Source: Eledone cirrhosa (lineage: Eukaryota). Taken from it: DNA of 64,000 bases. The translations under genes and the position numbers were made by a program. Below are positions 40,931-55,500 of the stretch, piece after piece. The notes beneath the pieces were generated by a model. The model did no database searches. It was given only the letters and a program-made list of their open reading frames with translations, and was not told the DNA's origin. Positions within the stretch are counted from its first letter, which is position 1, and each line of letters starts with the position of its first letter. The stretch is taken from assembly GCA_964016885.1 (NCBI GenBank), contig OZ024743.1, positions 177,258,001-177,322,000 on the forward strand, read 5' to 3'.

Positions 40931-42357
40931 TCTATGATAGGGAGAAATCATCCTAATATAAATACCTTTAGTACATCATGATAGAGTAGACTGTGTTTAA
41001 AATTGGAAACTGAATATAAATATACAACCGTCAATATAGGGGACTCAATTGAGACACCTTATAGAACAATAATTTAGTTATGGAAATCAGCTAGTTACCT
41101 CCCCTTACGCATTAACCCCGCCTTAATTACACACATACTTCCGGATAATAAACCGATGTAAATTCTCGCAGCAGAAACAACCTACTCTATAAAATTGGAT
41201 TAAAGAACACTGAGCCGCAATAAGCTAAAATAATTTAATTTAATGCATCAAACATCCAATACGGAATCATCGTTAATTATGTGATGGATGTATAAACTAT
41301 ATATTACATTTCCTGAATGTGAAAATGATGGTGGATACGAAAACCATAACTCTCTTTTACTTCTCCTTTCTATTTCTATTTTTCTGCACACATACTTTTT
41401 TATTATATACAAAAAATACCTTACCTCTACAACCTCCATAATACTCTTACTTACCCACGTAAAGTGCTTGTATTACATGTAACACCCTGCCGCACCATAA
41501 TCATATATAAATGAGACACACGTAACTAACGCATACAATAACTACTACATCTGACTAACAAACTATCCTCTTGCATTATCTATGTTAACTGCCGAATGTA
41601 TTTTAATTTTGTTTTAATTTTGTTTTAATTTTGATATTGATTTTGACTTTGAATTTGAATTGCTATACGGAAATAATATAATATACTATATGTCACTCCA
41701 CTGTACATCAATATATACATATGTATCTGTATGTCTCTTGCGTTGGAAAGGAGGTCAATCATGTGTACAAACATTGAAAAATTCTCCGAACATTCCAAGC
41801 CTAGGTTTGGATGAAACAATTGTAAGTGAATAAATGCTTTGAACATAGCTTTGATTCTTGTGAATTCTATATAACTGCTCTGCAGAACAACTGATGTTAT
41901 TACATTGAGCTTACTGGTAATAAGGTAGTAATAAATTACTGACCTTCACTGTTTAGGGTTTAAAATATATATAACTATAAAAAGTTTTAGTATATACATA
42001 ACCATAAATAGTATCCTTAATATTATGTATGTATATATATATATATATATATATATAGGAGAATATATATATATATATATATATATAGATAGATATAGGT
42101 ATAGCTATAGATATATAGATATATATATGCTTGTATGTATATGTATGTGTGTCTATGTATGCATATATATATATAGATAGATATTGATATATATATATGT
42201 ATGTATATGTATGTGTGTCTATGTATATATATTTAGATATAGATAAATATGTATGTATAGGTACGTGTGTCTATACAAAACATACACACACATATATATA
42301 TATATGTATGCGTGTGTATATGTATGTGTATGTATGTGTATATATGTGTCTATATAA

Positions 42358-42395
<38 letters not shown>

Positions 42396-42451
42396 ACATA
42401 TACATATGTGTGCGCATGTGTATATATGCGTATGTATGTAGGTGTGTATGT

Positions 42452-42989
42452 TGCAGTATTCTTCTCCCCATTTTTTCACATATATTTACCTAAACTGCGA
42501 TTCTGTTTTTCTCTCTCTCTCTCTTACTGCTCCCTCGTTCTCTCTGTTTCTCCTACTTTCTTTCGCCCCCTCTGTCATGTCAGTTAACTCTTCCTCACAC
42601 TTCCACTCACTCACTCACTGTTTCTCCCCTTCTCACTTCACCCCGTTCGCGACGAATACATTTTCTATCTTTCTTACATTTGGATTCATCTCGAAAGGTC
42701 TTTTTTCTAAGCGCTCATATATTCACCTAGCTTATGCTAACAGAATAACTATGTAGCTTGTTCCCTTCCTATCTACGGTTAGCTTTCCTCTTTGTTGTTT
42801 ACTTGTCTCACTCGCTTTACGCGTTTTAATTGTCCTAATAACTTAATTTACTTATTATTGCACCAACGTGAGGTATATGATTTTTAATGCAATGAAATAT
42901 CTATGATCGTTGGCAAATCACTGATGAGGGACTCATTTTATAACATGTTATCCATGTGCAACCTGCAGTATTCTTCTCCCCATTTTTTC

Positions 42990-42990
<1 letters not shown>
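42452..42990 (+). mobile_element. Element bounded by a 27-bp direct repeat (512-bp period), embedded in microsatellite
   Basis: TGCAGTATTCTTCTCCCCATTTTTTCA at 42452 and 42964; CTGATGAGGG at 42921 with a decayed 3' half. Confidence 0.5.
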
Positions 42991-43033
<43 letters not shown>

Positions 43034-43321
43034 ATGTATGTGTGTATATATATATTGTATGTGTGTATATATATATTGTCTGTGTGTGGAGTGTGTTTGT
43101 AGACACCTGATCATTAGCCATTTTTATCTCATGTAAACCTTAACATTCAGGAGTGGCACCCCAGGGTGAACTTGTCTATAGAACTATTTCCACCTTTGTT
43201 ACGGTAAATATAGTTTTTAAAGAAATCGCTTTTCTTTAAACCCATCAACCAATGACCTCCACCCATCCCAATCACCACCCACTCCTATCACCAGAAAAGA
43301 TATAAATACCACCATATATTC

Positions 43322-45990
43322 GTGAGGGAAATAATACCTGTCTCACCGCGAGTGTTGAGGGTGACCTTCAATGGAAACCCAAGACCGGCAGTCATCTCAG
43401 CCTATAGTCCAACTGAGGGAGACAGTGATGTGAGTGCGGAAAAGTTCCATGAGGAGGTATGTAGAGCTGTCAACACCACACAATCACACAACATTCTGCT
43501 TGTTCTGGGGGACTTCAATGCACATCTGAGTAAGGAGGGCAGTGAAGATTCTTGCTGGTACTACGATAACAGCACCAACAGAAATGGAAGACTACTGAGG
43601 ACACCTTGCTGGAGGCGAACTTGATAGCGACCAACCTAAGGTTTAGGAAGAATCCGGGGAAGATGTGGACCTACATCTCAGATATGCACCTGTCCAAGTC
43701 CCAGATTGATTTCATTCTGGTGAGGAAAATGTGGCGGAATAGTGTTCTGAACACAGAACCATGCAACTATTTAAGTACACTGGGTAGTCACCACCAGCTT
43801 GTTATGAGTGAGGTCCGGGTGAGCTTAAGAAAGAGCAAGGCTCAGCCCCGGCGAGCAATATATGACAGGGGAGCTTTAAAGGAAGATGAGAAGTTAGAGG
43901 AGAGGTTCACAGTAGAAGTGAGGAATAGGTTCAGTGCTCTGTGTGGAGAGACAGAGGAGAGAGAGAGAGATTGGATGGACTGAGGAGAGTTTGACGAGGA
44001 GGTACGGGTACTTCACCAATGCAGTGGCGGAAGCAAGTGAGACCCTGGTGCCGAGGAGAAGGAACAAAAGGAAGCACGTCAGCTCTGCAGACCCAAAAGT
44101 GTGTGCCGCCAAAGAACACCTGAAAGCTGCCAAGGACCAATTCTATGCTGATCCTACGGAGGAGAAGAAGGAGAATGTGGAAGTGATGAAGAAAGAACTC
44201 TGTACCGCTTACACCCAGGCCAGAGAGGAGGCACTGATTGACAAGATCAGAAGTGTGGAGAGAGCGGTTGGCAGGTCTGGATGTAAGGAGAGCTGGATGA
44301 TCATCAACGAGATCACAGGGAGGAAGAGAAGGTGTTCGAGTCAGATCCTGTGAACAGGGCCCGAGGTTAGGAAGGGGAAATGGCTAGACCATTTTAGGAC
44401 CCTACTAGGAGAGCCGCCCTCCACAACCCAGAACACTGGGGAGATCAGGCGGCTGTTTGAAGAACTGGATGTTGAGACAGAGCCCTTCACCAGAGATGAG
44501 CTTCAGAAAGCCAAGAAGAAGATCATGGAGGACAAGGCTCATGGAGAAGATGGAGTGGCATCAGAGGTGATGAAGAGGTGTGATTTTGATGATATCATCC
44601 TGGGGTTCTGTAACCAGGCACTGGAGAAAGAAGTTGCCCCGAATCAGTGGAAGATCAGTAACATTGTCCCAGTGCCAAAGAAGGGAGATCTCTCTAACAC
44701 CAACAACTACAGGGGGATCTCACTGACGTCTCTTGTGGCAAAGACCCTCAACAGGATGATTTTTAACAGGACCCAGCCCGAGATGGAGAGTAGCTCGTGA
44801 CAACCAGTACGGCTTCAGAGAGGAAAGATGAACCACCAATCACATCCTGATGCCGAGGAGGATATTAGAGGAAGCTAGAGCAAAGTGCCTTCCTGCGGTC
44901 ATGGTTTTAATTGACCTTAGGAATGCCTTTGATTCTGTGGACCGTCACTGCCTGGTGATGATCTTACAGGCTTATGGAATCCCCAAGAAGATAGTAGACC
45001 TGATATCACTGCTCTACACCAACACCAAAGCCCAAGTCATTACACCTGATGGGATGACAGAGGTTTTTGAGATACTGGCTGGAGTGCTCCAGTGAGATAC
45101 ATTGGCTCCCTACCTTTTTATCACCGTAGTGGACTATTGTATGCGTTTTGCATTGGAGAAACACCAGGACTCTGGCTTTACTGTAACACCGGCTCAGAGC
45201 AGGAGAGTTAAGGCGAAAAAGATATCGGTTACTGAATTTGCTGACGACATAGTTTTGGTGACAAACACAGTGAAGGATGCAGAGGATTTGATGCGGGAGG
45301 TTGAGACTGTGTCGATGAGTGTGGGGCTGACAATGAATGAGATTAAGACAACATATCTAGTAGAGCATGTTGAGAAGCCAGAGGGGATCACTAATGTAGG
45401 CGGGAAGCCGCTAGAATTGGTTGAGAACTTCCTGTATTTGGGAGCAAATATTGGGAATACGGAAGATGATCTGGTCGAGAGGAAGAGCAATCCTGGGCGG
45501 CGTGCCACAGCTTGAGATCGGTGTGGAAGTCGGACCTTCGTCAAGACCTGAAGATCCGTCTCTTCGTTGCTGTAGTGGAGTCTGTGCTGCTGTACGGGTC
45601 TGAGACTTGGACACTGACCAAGAAACTCACTCAGATGGTGGATGGGTACTACACGAGAATGCTGAGGATGGCTTTCAACATTAATCAGTATACACTGTGG
45701 ATGAAAAACTTGAGCTGTATGGGCTCTATGGGAGCCTGCCAAAAGTCAGCTCAAAAGTGACACAGAGGAGACTGAGGTTAGCTGGACATGCTCACCGACA
45801 TCCAGAGTTTACACTGCACTCAGTGCTCCTGTGGTAGCCCCTGCATGGACACACTGGAAGAGGAAGACCAAGGTTAACATATGTTGATGCCCTAAGGACA
45901 AACACTGGTCTGTTGGAGACGCAGGACATGGAAGCGATAATGGAGGACAGAGAACGCTGGAGACAACTCGTCCATGGATTCCACCCTAGA
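43322..45990 (+). mobile_element. 5'-truncated RTE-clade LINE (APE endonuclease + reverse transcriptase), disrupted
   Basis: APE motifs AYSPT, LGDFNAH, QIDFILV; RT motifs NYRGISL, AFDSV, GVLQ.DTLAPYLF, EFADDI, FLYLG; ESVLLYGSETW; LAGH; DR..WR; several stops and frameshifts; ends in TAGA/TA repeats. Confidence 0.93.
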
Positions 45991-46018
45991 TAGATATATA
46001 CAAATATATACATATATA

Positions 46019-46143
<125 letters not shown>

Positions 46144-46171
46144 TGTATATATCTATATAATTTTTAGCTCA

Positions 46172-47134
<963 letters not shown>

Positions 47135-47549
47135 CCTTTCATTACACTCAATCATTTCGAAAAAACATTTTTTTTTTTCAAATTACGACCCTTACATCGG
47201 TTCGTTATTCTATAGGTCTACCCAAGATATATTTATTCCTTAGGAGATAATTCAGTTGGCCTTTAAAATATTTTGACCGATATTTTAACCTGGTGCTTCC
47301 TTCTGTGTGAATACTCTAGTATACTGTTATTTGCTCAACGCTTGTTTTTAACATTCTGACAGTTAATCCGATATCCAGACAGTTACCTTAAATATTCTAC
47401 TTCTCTCTTTGGTGCTGTTAAATTGGTCTTCATATTGATTTTCGCAATTTTTCTTAAAATCCTGAAGATGAGATTTTTGTCTCACTCGCTTCATAACGAC
47501 TAATATTTGCAATTTAACGAGTTTTTATTTTAAACCCGAGACGGATTTT

Positions 47550-47900
47550 ATTGTTTCGTTTGTAACTTAATCGTATTTCTAATATATTCGTCTCGTCTCT
47601 CTTTCCTATTTCATAATTACTTTTTCGTTGTCAATCTCATTATATTTCAGCTATACCCTCTTAAGTTATCATTTTTTTTTAATCTTCAAGATTGTTTTCA
47701 TATTGTTTTCTGATTTTGTTGTTATGACAAACGTTAAGGGTTCCTATTCCTTTATAACTAGTATGCTGTTACATAAATTATTTGAAATATCCTGAGGATA
47801 ATAATGTCCAGATCTGTTGCCAGTATGTCTATGGAAGTCTAATGTGGGTTTGCTTTTAATATTAATGTTAAGAATTTTATCGTTCAGATGGATCTATTGA
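47550..47900 (-). mobile_element. Possible decayed RLE-type LINE C-terminus
   Basis: Minus strand NR.(fs)DIII...ILVI.E..P resembles the RPDI..IE motif; weak. Confidence 0.25.
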
Positions 47901-48564
47901 AGTTCTTAGGAATTTTGATATTCTAATTAAAATCATCTTCAATGTTCCCAGTATCATTACTGCCTACTCAGAGATCTTCTTTCTCATTTTTATCCATATT
48001 GTCAGAATATACCTAGGTTTTCTGTTATAAAATACTTGGAAGATATACCTAGACTAAGCTCCTTACATGTAAGTTTTTAGCGTCTGTCTAAAATAAATTT
48101 AGTTATCCATTTATACTAGGAAAGACATTACATTATTTCCTCGCAAATGTTTTACGTCCTTATAGTCGCCTGTTTTTTCAAATACTTTGTGTCCAGGGTT
48201 TAGATTTATCGTCATCAGCACTTGCTTTCCCTGTTAGCAAGGGTTGGATGGGTCTGTTAGCAAAGGTTGGATGTCTGCAAGGGTAGGATGTGTCTGTTAG
48301 AAGTCAGTACTGAAGCGGGGTTACTAACCTCCCAGAAAAGGGTCGGCATCAAACTTTCGTAAGGACATACGTTCTATCAAGTGCTAAAGAGTATTTGCAC
48401 TGTCTTTTGAAACAATCTAAGGGTCATCCCAAACCATTTTGTTTTCGCAAGTTTTCCACGGCGGAATTACGTTCTTAACACCAACCACAGTACAACGTAT
48501 ACTGGGAGCTTTATCGTGTAAATCTACAGCTCTAGGGAGGTGTTCATGTCCTTGACACGTCTAT

Positions 48565-48720
48565 TGGATCACATCAACTCTTTCTTTGTCAAGCTTTCTA
48601 CAGCTGGATGCAACGTGAAATAAAATTTTTTGCGCAAGAACACAACACTCAACCTAGCCAGGAATCGAACCCATGACATTACGATCATAATTCCAACACC
48701 CTAACCACTAGGCCACGTGA
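48565..48720 (-). mobile_element. tRNA-derived SINE, second family
   Basis: Minus strand GTGGCCTAGTGGTTAGGGTG (A box) and GGGTTCGATTCC (B box). Confidence 0.75.
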
Positions 48721-48816
48721 ACTATTCCTTTATCTTTCCTCCTCGATTAGTTTGTATGAAATTTGTAGAAATTTGTTTTTCTTCTACAAATTTCTACAAA
48801 TGGCATACTTGACGAC

Positions 48817-48886
<70 letters not shown>

Positions 48887-48971
48887 AGTGGCTATCCAGA
48901 TGGCTTCCAAAAATAATGGTTGCATTTTAAAAGGGTACGTCAAAGCTTATTTGTAAAACAGTTATATATTG

Positions 48972-49036
48972 TATTTTGTCTGATGAAGGCATACCATAAT
49001 TTAATTTGGTATCCCTGAAATATGTATAATGAAATA
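48972..49036 (+). ncRNA. Type I hammerhead ribozyme, same family as 38987
   Basis: TATTTTGT-CTGATGA-AGGCATACCA...TGGTATCCCT-GAAA-TATGT-ATA-ATGAAATA; downstream tail matches the reverse complement of 38945-38985. Confidence 0.72.
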
Positions 49037-49530
49037 AATATGGTTTAATAAATATAGTTTCCATTTATTAATATCGTATATATATATATGTATATACAAG
49101 TGAAAAGAGGGTATGTTTAGGGAGTCATACAATGCAAGTGGGTTGTAGATTTATCAAAGCAACAAGCTGGAATGAAATTAAGGGAGGTGTAGTAGAAGTT
49201 AATATGTGTGAGAGGGGGGGGGGAGATAACTGAATGTAACCTTACTAATTTATTAGTTCGAATCTGTTATGGATTTACCATTCGTTATCAACAGGGTGTC
49301 CGTATTATTGGGGTAGATTAGATGGGGAGGTTGTGCTCTTCAGAGAAATCAGAGAGTGTTTTTCTGGGGTCTGCTTAATATTTTCAAATTTCGTAATCTA
49401 AAAAATAAGCAGGGACCAGGAATCTTTGACAAACGACTTCTTGTATGGCTTCCTAAATATAGAAACTTTTCACTTATATAAGAGAGGAATTTACAAAATA
49501 GATGTGCCAAACAAAAATAGATTGTATGTG

Positions 49531-52500
49531 GTTCATGTGGAGAATATTTTGCATATTGTCAGATCTTATGAAAGTGGAATTCATGTAGAGAATGTGTTGC
49601 ATATTGTCAGATCTTATGAAAGTGGGATTCATGTGGAGAATGTTTTCCATATTATCAGATGTTATGAAAGTGGGATTCATGTGGAGAATGTTTTCCATAT
49701 TGTCAGATCTTATGAAAGTGGGATTCATGTGGAGAATGTTTTCCATATTGTCAGATCTTATGAAAGTGGGATTCATGTGGAGAATGTTTTGCATATTGTC
49801 AGATGTTATGAAAGTGGGATTCATGTGGAGAATGTTTTGCATATTGTCAGATGTTATGAAAGTGGGATTCATGTGGAGAATGTTTTCCATATTGTCAGAT
49901 GTTATGAAAGTGGGATTCATGTGGAGAATGTTTTCCATATTGTCAGATGTTATGAAAGTGGGATTCATGTGGAGAATGTTTTCCATATTGTCAGATCTTA
50001 TGAAAGTGGGATTCATGTGGAGAATGTTTTGCATATTGTCAGATGTTATGAAAGTGGGATTCATGTGGAGAATGTTTTGCATATTGTCAGATGTTATGAA
50101 AGTGGGATTCATGTGGAGAATGTTTTCCATATTGTCAGATGTTATGAAAGTGGGATTCATGTGGAGAATGTTTTCCATATTGTCAGATCTTATGAAAGTG
50201 GGATTCATGTGGAGAATGTTTTGCATATTGTCAGATGTTATGAAAGTGGGATTCATGTGGAGAATGTTTTCCATATTGTCAGATCTTATGAAAGTGGGAT
50301 TGATGTGGAGAATGTTTTGCATAATGTCAGATGTTATGAAAGTGGGATTGATGTGGAGAATGTTTTGCATATTGTTAGATGTTATGAAAGTGGGATTCAT
50401 GTGGAGAATATTTTCCATATTGTCAGATGTTATGAAAGTGGGATTCATGTGGAGAATGCTTTCCATATTGTCAGACGTTATGAAAGTGGGATTGATGTGG
50501 AGAATGTTTTGCATATTGTCAGATGTTATGAAAGTGGGATTCATGTGGAGAATGTTTCCCATTTTGTCAGATGTTATGAAAGTGGGATTCATGTGGAGAA
50601 TGATTTCCATATTGTCAGATCTTATGAAAGTGGGATTGATGTGGAGAATTTTTTGCATATTGTCAGATCTTATGAAAGTGGGATTCATGTGGAGAATGTT
50701 TACCATATTGTCAGATGTTATGAAAGTGGGATTAATGTGGAGAATGTTTTATATATTGTCAGATGTTATGAAAGTGGGATTCATGTGGAGAATGTTTTCC
50801 ATATTGTGAGATCTTATGAAAGTGGCATTCATGTGGAAGATGTTTTGCATATTGTCAGATGTTGTGAAAGTGGGATTCATGTGGAGAATGTTTTCCATAT
50901 TGTCAGATCTTATGAAAGTGGAATTCATGTAGAGAATGTGTTGCATATTGTCAGATCTTATGAAAGTGGGATTCATGTGGAGAATGTTTTCCATATTATC
51001 AGATGTTATGAAAGTGGGATTCATGTGGAGAATGTTTTCCATATTGTCAGATCTTATGAAAGTGGGATTCATGTGGAGAATGTTTTCCATATTGTCAGAT
51101 CTTATGAAAGTGGGATTCATGTGGAGAATGTTTTGCATATTGTCAGATGTTATGAAAGTGGGATTCATGTGGAGAATGTTTTGCATATTGTCAGATGTTA
51201 TGAAAGTGGGATTCATGTGGAGAATGTTTTCCATATTGTCAGATGTTATGAAAGTGGGATTCATGTGGAGAATGTTTTCCATATTGTCAGATGTTATGAA
51301 AGTGGGATTCATGTGGAGAATGTTTTCCATATTGTCAGATCTTATGAAAGTGGGATTGATGTGGAGAATGTTTTGCATAATGTCAGATGTTATGAAAGTG
51401 GGATTGATGTGGAGAATGTTTTGCATATTGTTAGATGTTATGAAAGTGGGATTCATGTGGAGAATATTTTCCATATTGTCAGATGTTATGAAAGTGGGAT
51501 TCATGTGGAGAATGCTTTCCATATTGTCAGACGTTATGAAAGTGGGATTGATGTGGAGAATGTTTTGCATATTGTCAGATGTTATGAAAGTGGGATTCAT
51601 GTGGAGAATGTTTCCCATTTTGTCAGATGTTATGAAAGTGGGATTCATGTGGAGAATGATTTCCATATTGTCAGATCTTATGAAAGTGGGATTGATGTGG
51701 AGAATTTTTTGCATATTGTCAGATCTTATGAAAGTGGGATTCATGTGGAGAATGTTTACCATATTGTCAGATGTTATGAAAGTGGGATTAATGTGGAGAA
51801 TGTTTTATATATTGTCAGATGTTATGAAAGTGGGATTCATGTGGAGAATGTTTTCCATATTGTGAGATCTTATGAAAGTGGCATTCATGTGGAAGATGTT
51901 TTGCATATTGTCAGATGTTGTGAAAGTGGGATTCATGTGGAGAATGTTTTCCATATTGTCAGATCTTATGAAAGTGGGATTCATGTGGAGAATGATTTCC
52001 ATATTGTCAGATGTTATGAAAGTGGGATTCATGTGGAGAATGTTTTGCATATTGTCAGATGTTGTGAAAGTGGGATTCATGTGGAGAATGTTTTCCATAT
52101 TGTCAGATGTTATGAAAGTGGGATTCATGTGGAGAATGTTTTCCATATTGTCAGATGTTATGAAAGTGGGATTCATGTGGAGAATGTTTTCCATAATGTC
52201 AGATGTTATGAAAGTGGGATTCATGTGGAGAATGTTTTCCATATTGTCAAATGTTATGAAAGTGGGATTCATGTGGAGAATGTTTTCCATATTGTCAGAT
52301 GTTATGAAAGTGGGATTCATGTGGAGAATGTTTTGCATATTGTCAGATGTTATGAAAGTGGGATTCATGTGGAGAATGTTTTACATATTGTCAGATGTTA
52401 TGAAAGTGGGATTCATGTGGAGAATGTTTTCCATATTGTCAGATCTTATGAAAGTGGGATTCATGTGGAGAATGTTTTGCATATTGTCAGATGTTATGAA

Positions 52501-55500
52501 AGTGGGATTCATGTGGAGAATGTTTTCCATATTGTCAGATCTTATGAAAGTGGGATTCATGTGGAGAATGTTTTGCATATTGTCAGATGTTATGAAAGTG
52601 GGATTCATGTGGAGAAGGTTTTCTATATTGTCAGATCTTATGAAAGTGGGATTCATGTGGAGAATATTTTGCATATTGTCAGATGTTATGAAAGTGGGAT
52701 GCATGTGGAGAATGTTTTCCATGTTGTCAGATCTGATGAAAGTGGGATTCATGTGGAGAATATTTTCCATATTGTCAGATCTTATGAGAGTGGGATTCAT
52801 GTGGAGAATGTTTTACACATTGTCAGATCTTATGAAAGTGGGATTCACGTGGAGAATGTTTTCCATATTGTCAGATCTTATGAAAGTGGGATTCATGTGG
52901 AGAATGTTTTCCATATTGTCAGATCTTATGAAAGTGGGATTCATGTGGAGAATGTTTTGCATATTGTCCCATGTTATGAAAGTGGGATTCATGTGGAGAA
53001 TGTTTTCCATATTGTCAGATCTTATGAAAGTGGGATTGATGTGGAGAATGTTTTGCATAATGTCAGATGTTATGAAAGTGGGATTGATGTGGAGAATGTT
53101 TTGCATATTGTTAGATGTTATGAAAGTGGGATTCATGTGGAGAATGTTTTCCATATTGTCAGATATTATGAAAGTGGGATTCATGTGGAGAATGTTTTCC
53201 ATATTGTCAGATGTTATGAAAGTGGGATTGATGTGGAGAAGGTTTTGCATATTGTCAGATGTTATGAAAGTGGGATTCATGTGGAGAATGTTTTCCATAT
53301 TGTCAGATCTTATGAAAGTGGGATTCATGTGGAGAATGTTTTGCATATTGGCAGATGTTATGAAAGTGGGATTCATGTGGAGAATGTTTTCCATATTGTC
53401 AGATCTTATGAAAGTGGGATTCATGTGGAGAATGTTTTGCATATTGTCAGATGTTATGAAAGTGGGATTCATGTGGAGAAGGTTTTCCATATTGTCAGAT
53501 CTTATGAAAGTGGGATTCATGTGGAGAAAATTTTGCATATTGTCAGATGTTATGAAAGTGGGATGCATGTGGAGAATGTTTTCCATGTTGTCAGATCTGA
53601 TGAAAGTGGGATTCATGTGGAGAATGTTTTCCATATTGTCAGATCTTATGAGAGTGGGATTCATGTGGAGAATGTTTTACACATTGTCAGATCTTATGAA
53701 AGTGGGATTCATGTGGAGAATGTTTTCCATATTGTCAGATCTTATGAAAGTGGGATTCATGTGGAGAATGTTTTCCATATTGTCAGATCTTATGAAAGTG
53801 GGATTCATGTGGAGAATGTTTTGCATATTGTCCCATGTTATGAAAGTGGGATTCATGTGGAGAATGTTTTCCATATTGTCAGATCTTATGAAAGTGGGAT
53901 TGATGTGGAGAATGTTTTGCATAATGTCAGATGTTATGAAAGTGGGATTGATGTGGAGAATGTTTTGCATATTGTTAGATGTTATGAAAGTGGGATTCAT
54001 GTGGAGAATGTTTTCCATATTGTCAGATATTATGAAAGTGGGATTCATGTGGAGAATGTTTTCCATATTGTCAGATGTTATGAAAGTGGGATTGATGTGG
54101 AGAATGTTTTGCATATTGTCAGATGTTATGAAAGTGTGATTCATGTGGAGAATGTTTTCCATATTGTCAGATGTTATGAAAGTGGGATTCATGTGGAGAA
54201 TGCTTTCCATATTGTCAGACGTTATGAAAGTGGGATTGATGTGGAGAATGTTTTGCATATTGTCAGATGTTATGAAAGTGGGATTCATGTGGAGAATGTT
54301 TCCCATTTTATCAGATGTTATGAAAGTGGGATTCATGTGGAGAATGATTTCCATATTGTCAGATCTTATGAAAGTGGGATTGATGTGGAGGATTTTTTGC
54401 ATATTGTCAGATCTTATGAAAGTGGGATTCATGTGGAGAATGTTTTCCATATTGTCAGATGTTATGAAAGTGGGATTCATTTGGAGAATGTTTTCCATAT
54501 TGTGAGATCTTATGAAAGTGGCATTCATGTGGAAGATGTTTTGCATATTGTCAGATGTTGTGAAAGTGGGATTCATGTGGAGAATGTTTTCCATATTGTC
54601 AGATCTTATGAAAGTGGGATTCATGTGGAGAATGATTTCCATATTGTCAGATGTTATGAAAGTGGGATTCATGTGGAAAATGTTTTACATATTGTCAGAT
54701 GTTATGAAAGTGGGATTCATGTGGAGAATGAGTTCCATATTGTCAGATGTTATGAAAGTGGGATTAATGTGGAGAATGTTTTGCATATTGTCAGATGTTA
54801 TGAAAGAGGGATTCACGTGGAGAATGTTTTCCATATTGTCAGATGTTATGAAAGTGGGATTGATGTGGAGAATGTTTTGCATGTTGTCAGATGTTATGAA
54901 AGTGGGATTCATGTGGAGAATGTTTTCCATATTGTCAGATGTTATGAAGGTGGGATTGATGTGGAGAATGTTCTGCATATTGTCAGATGTTATGAAAGTG
55001 GGATTCATGTGGAGAAAGATTTCCATATTGTCATATCTTATGAAAGTGGGATTCATGTGGAGAATGTTTTACATATTGTCAGATGTTATGAAAGTGGGAT
55101 TCATGTGGAAAATGTTTTCCATATTGTCAGATGTTATGAAAGTGGGATTCATGTGGAGAATGTTTTGCATATTGTCAGATCTTATGAAAGTGGGATGCAT
55201 GTGGAGAATGTTTTCCATGTTGTCAGATCTGATGAAAGTGGGATTCATGTGGAGAATGTTTTCCATATTGTCAGATCTTATGAGAGTGGGATTCATGTGG
55301 AGAATGTTTTACACATTGTCAGATCTTATGAAAGTGGGATTCATGTGGAGAATGTTTTCCATATTGTCAGATCTTATGAAAGTGGGATTCATGTGGAGAA
55401 TGTTTTCCATATTGTCAGATCTTATGAAAGTGGGATTCATGTGGAGAATGTTTTGCATATTGTCCCATGTTATGAAAGTGGGATTCATGTGGAGAATGTT

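Noticed and set aside
45194-45742. 182-aa minus-strand ORF
   Set aside because: Antisense shadow of the RTE reverse transcriptase
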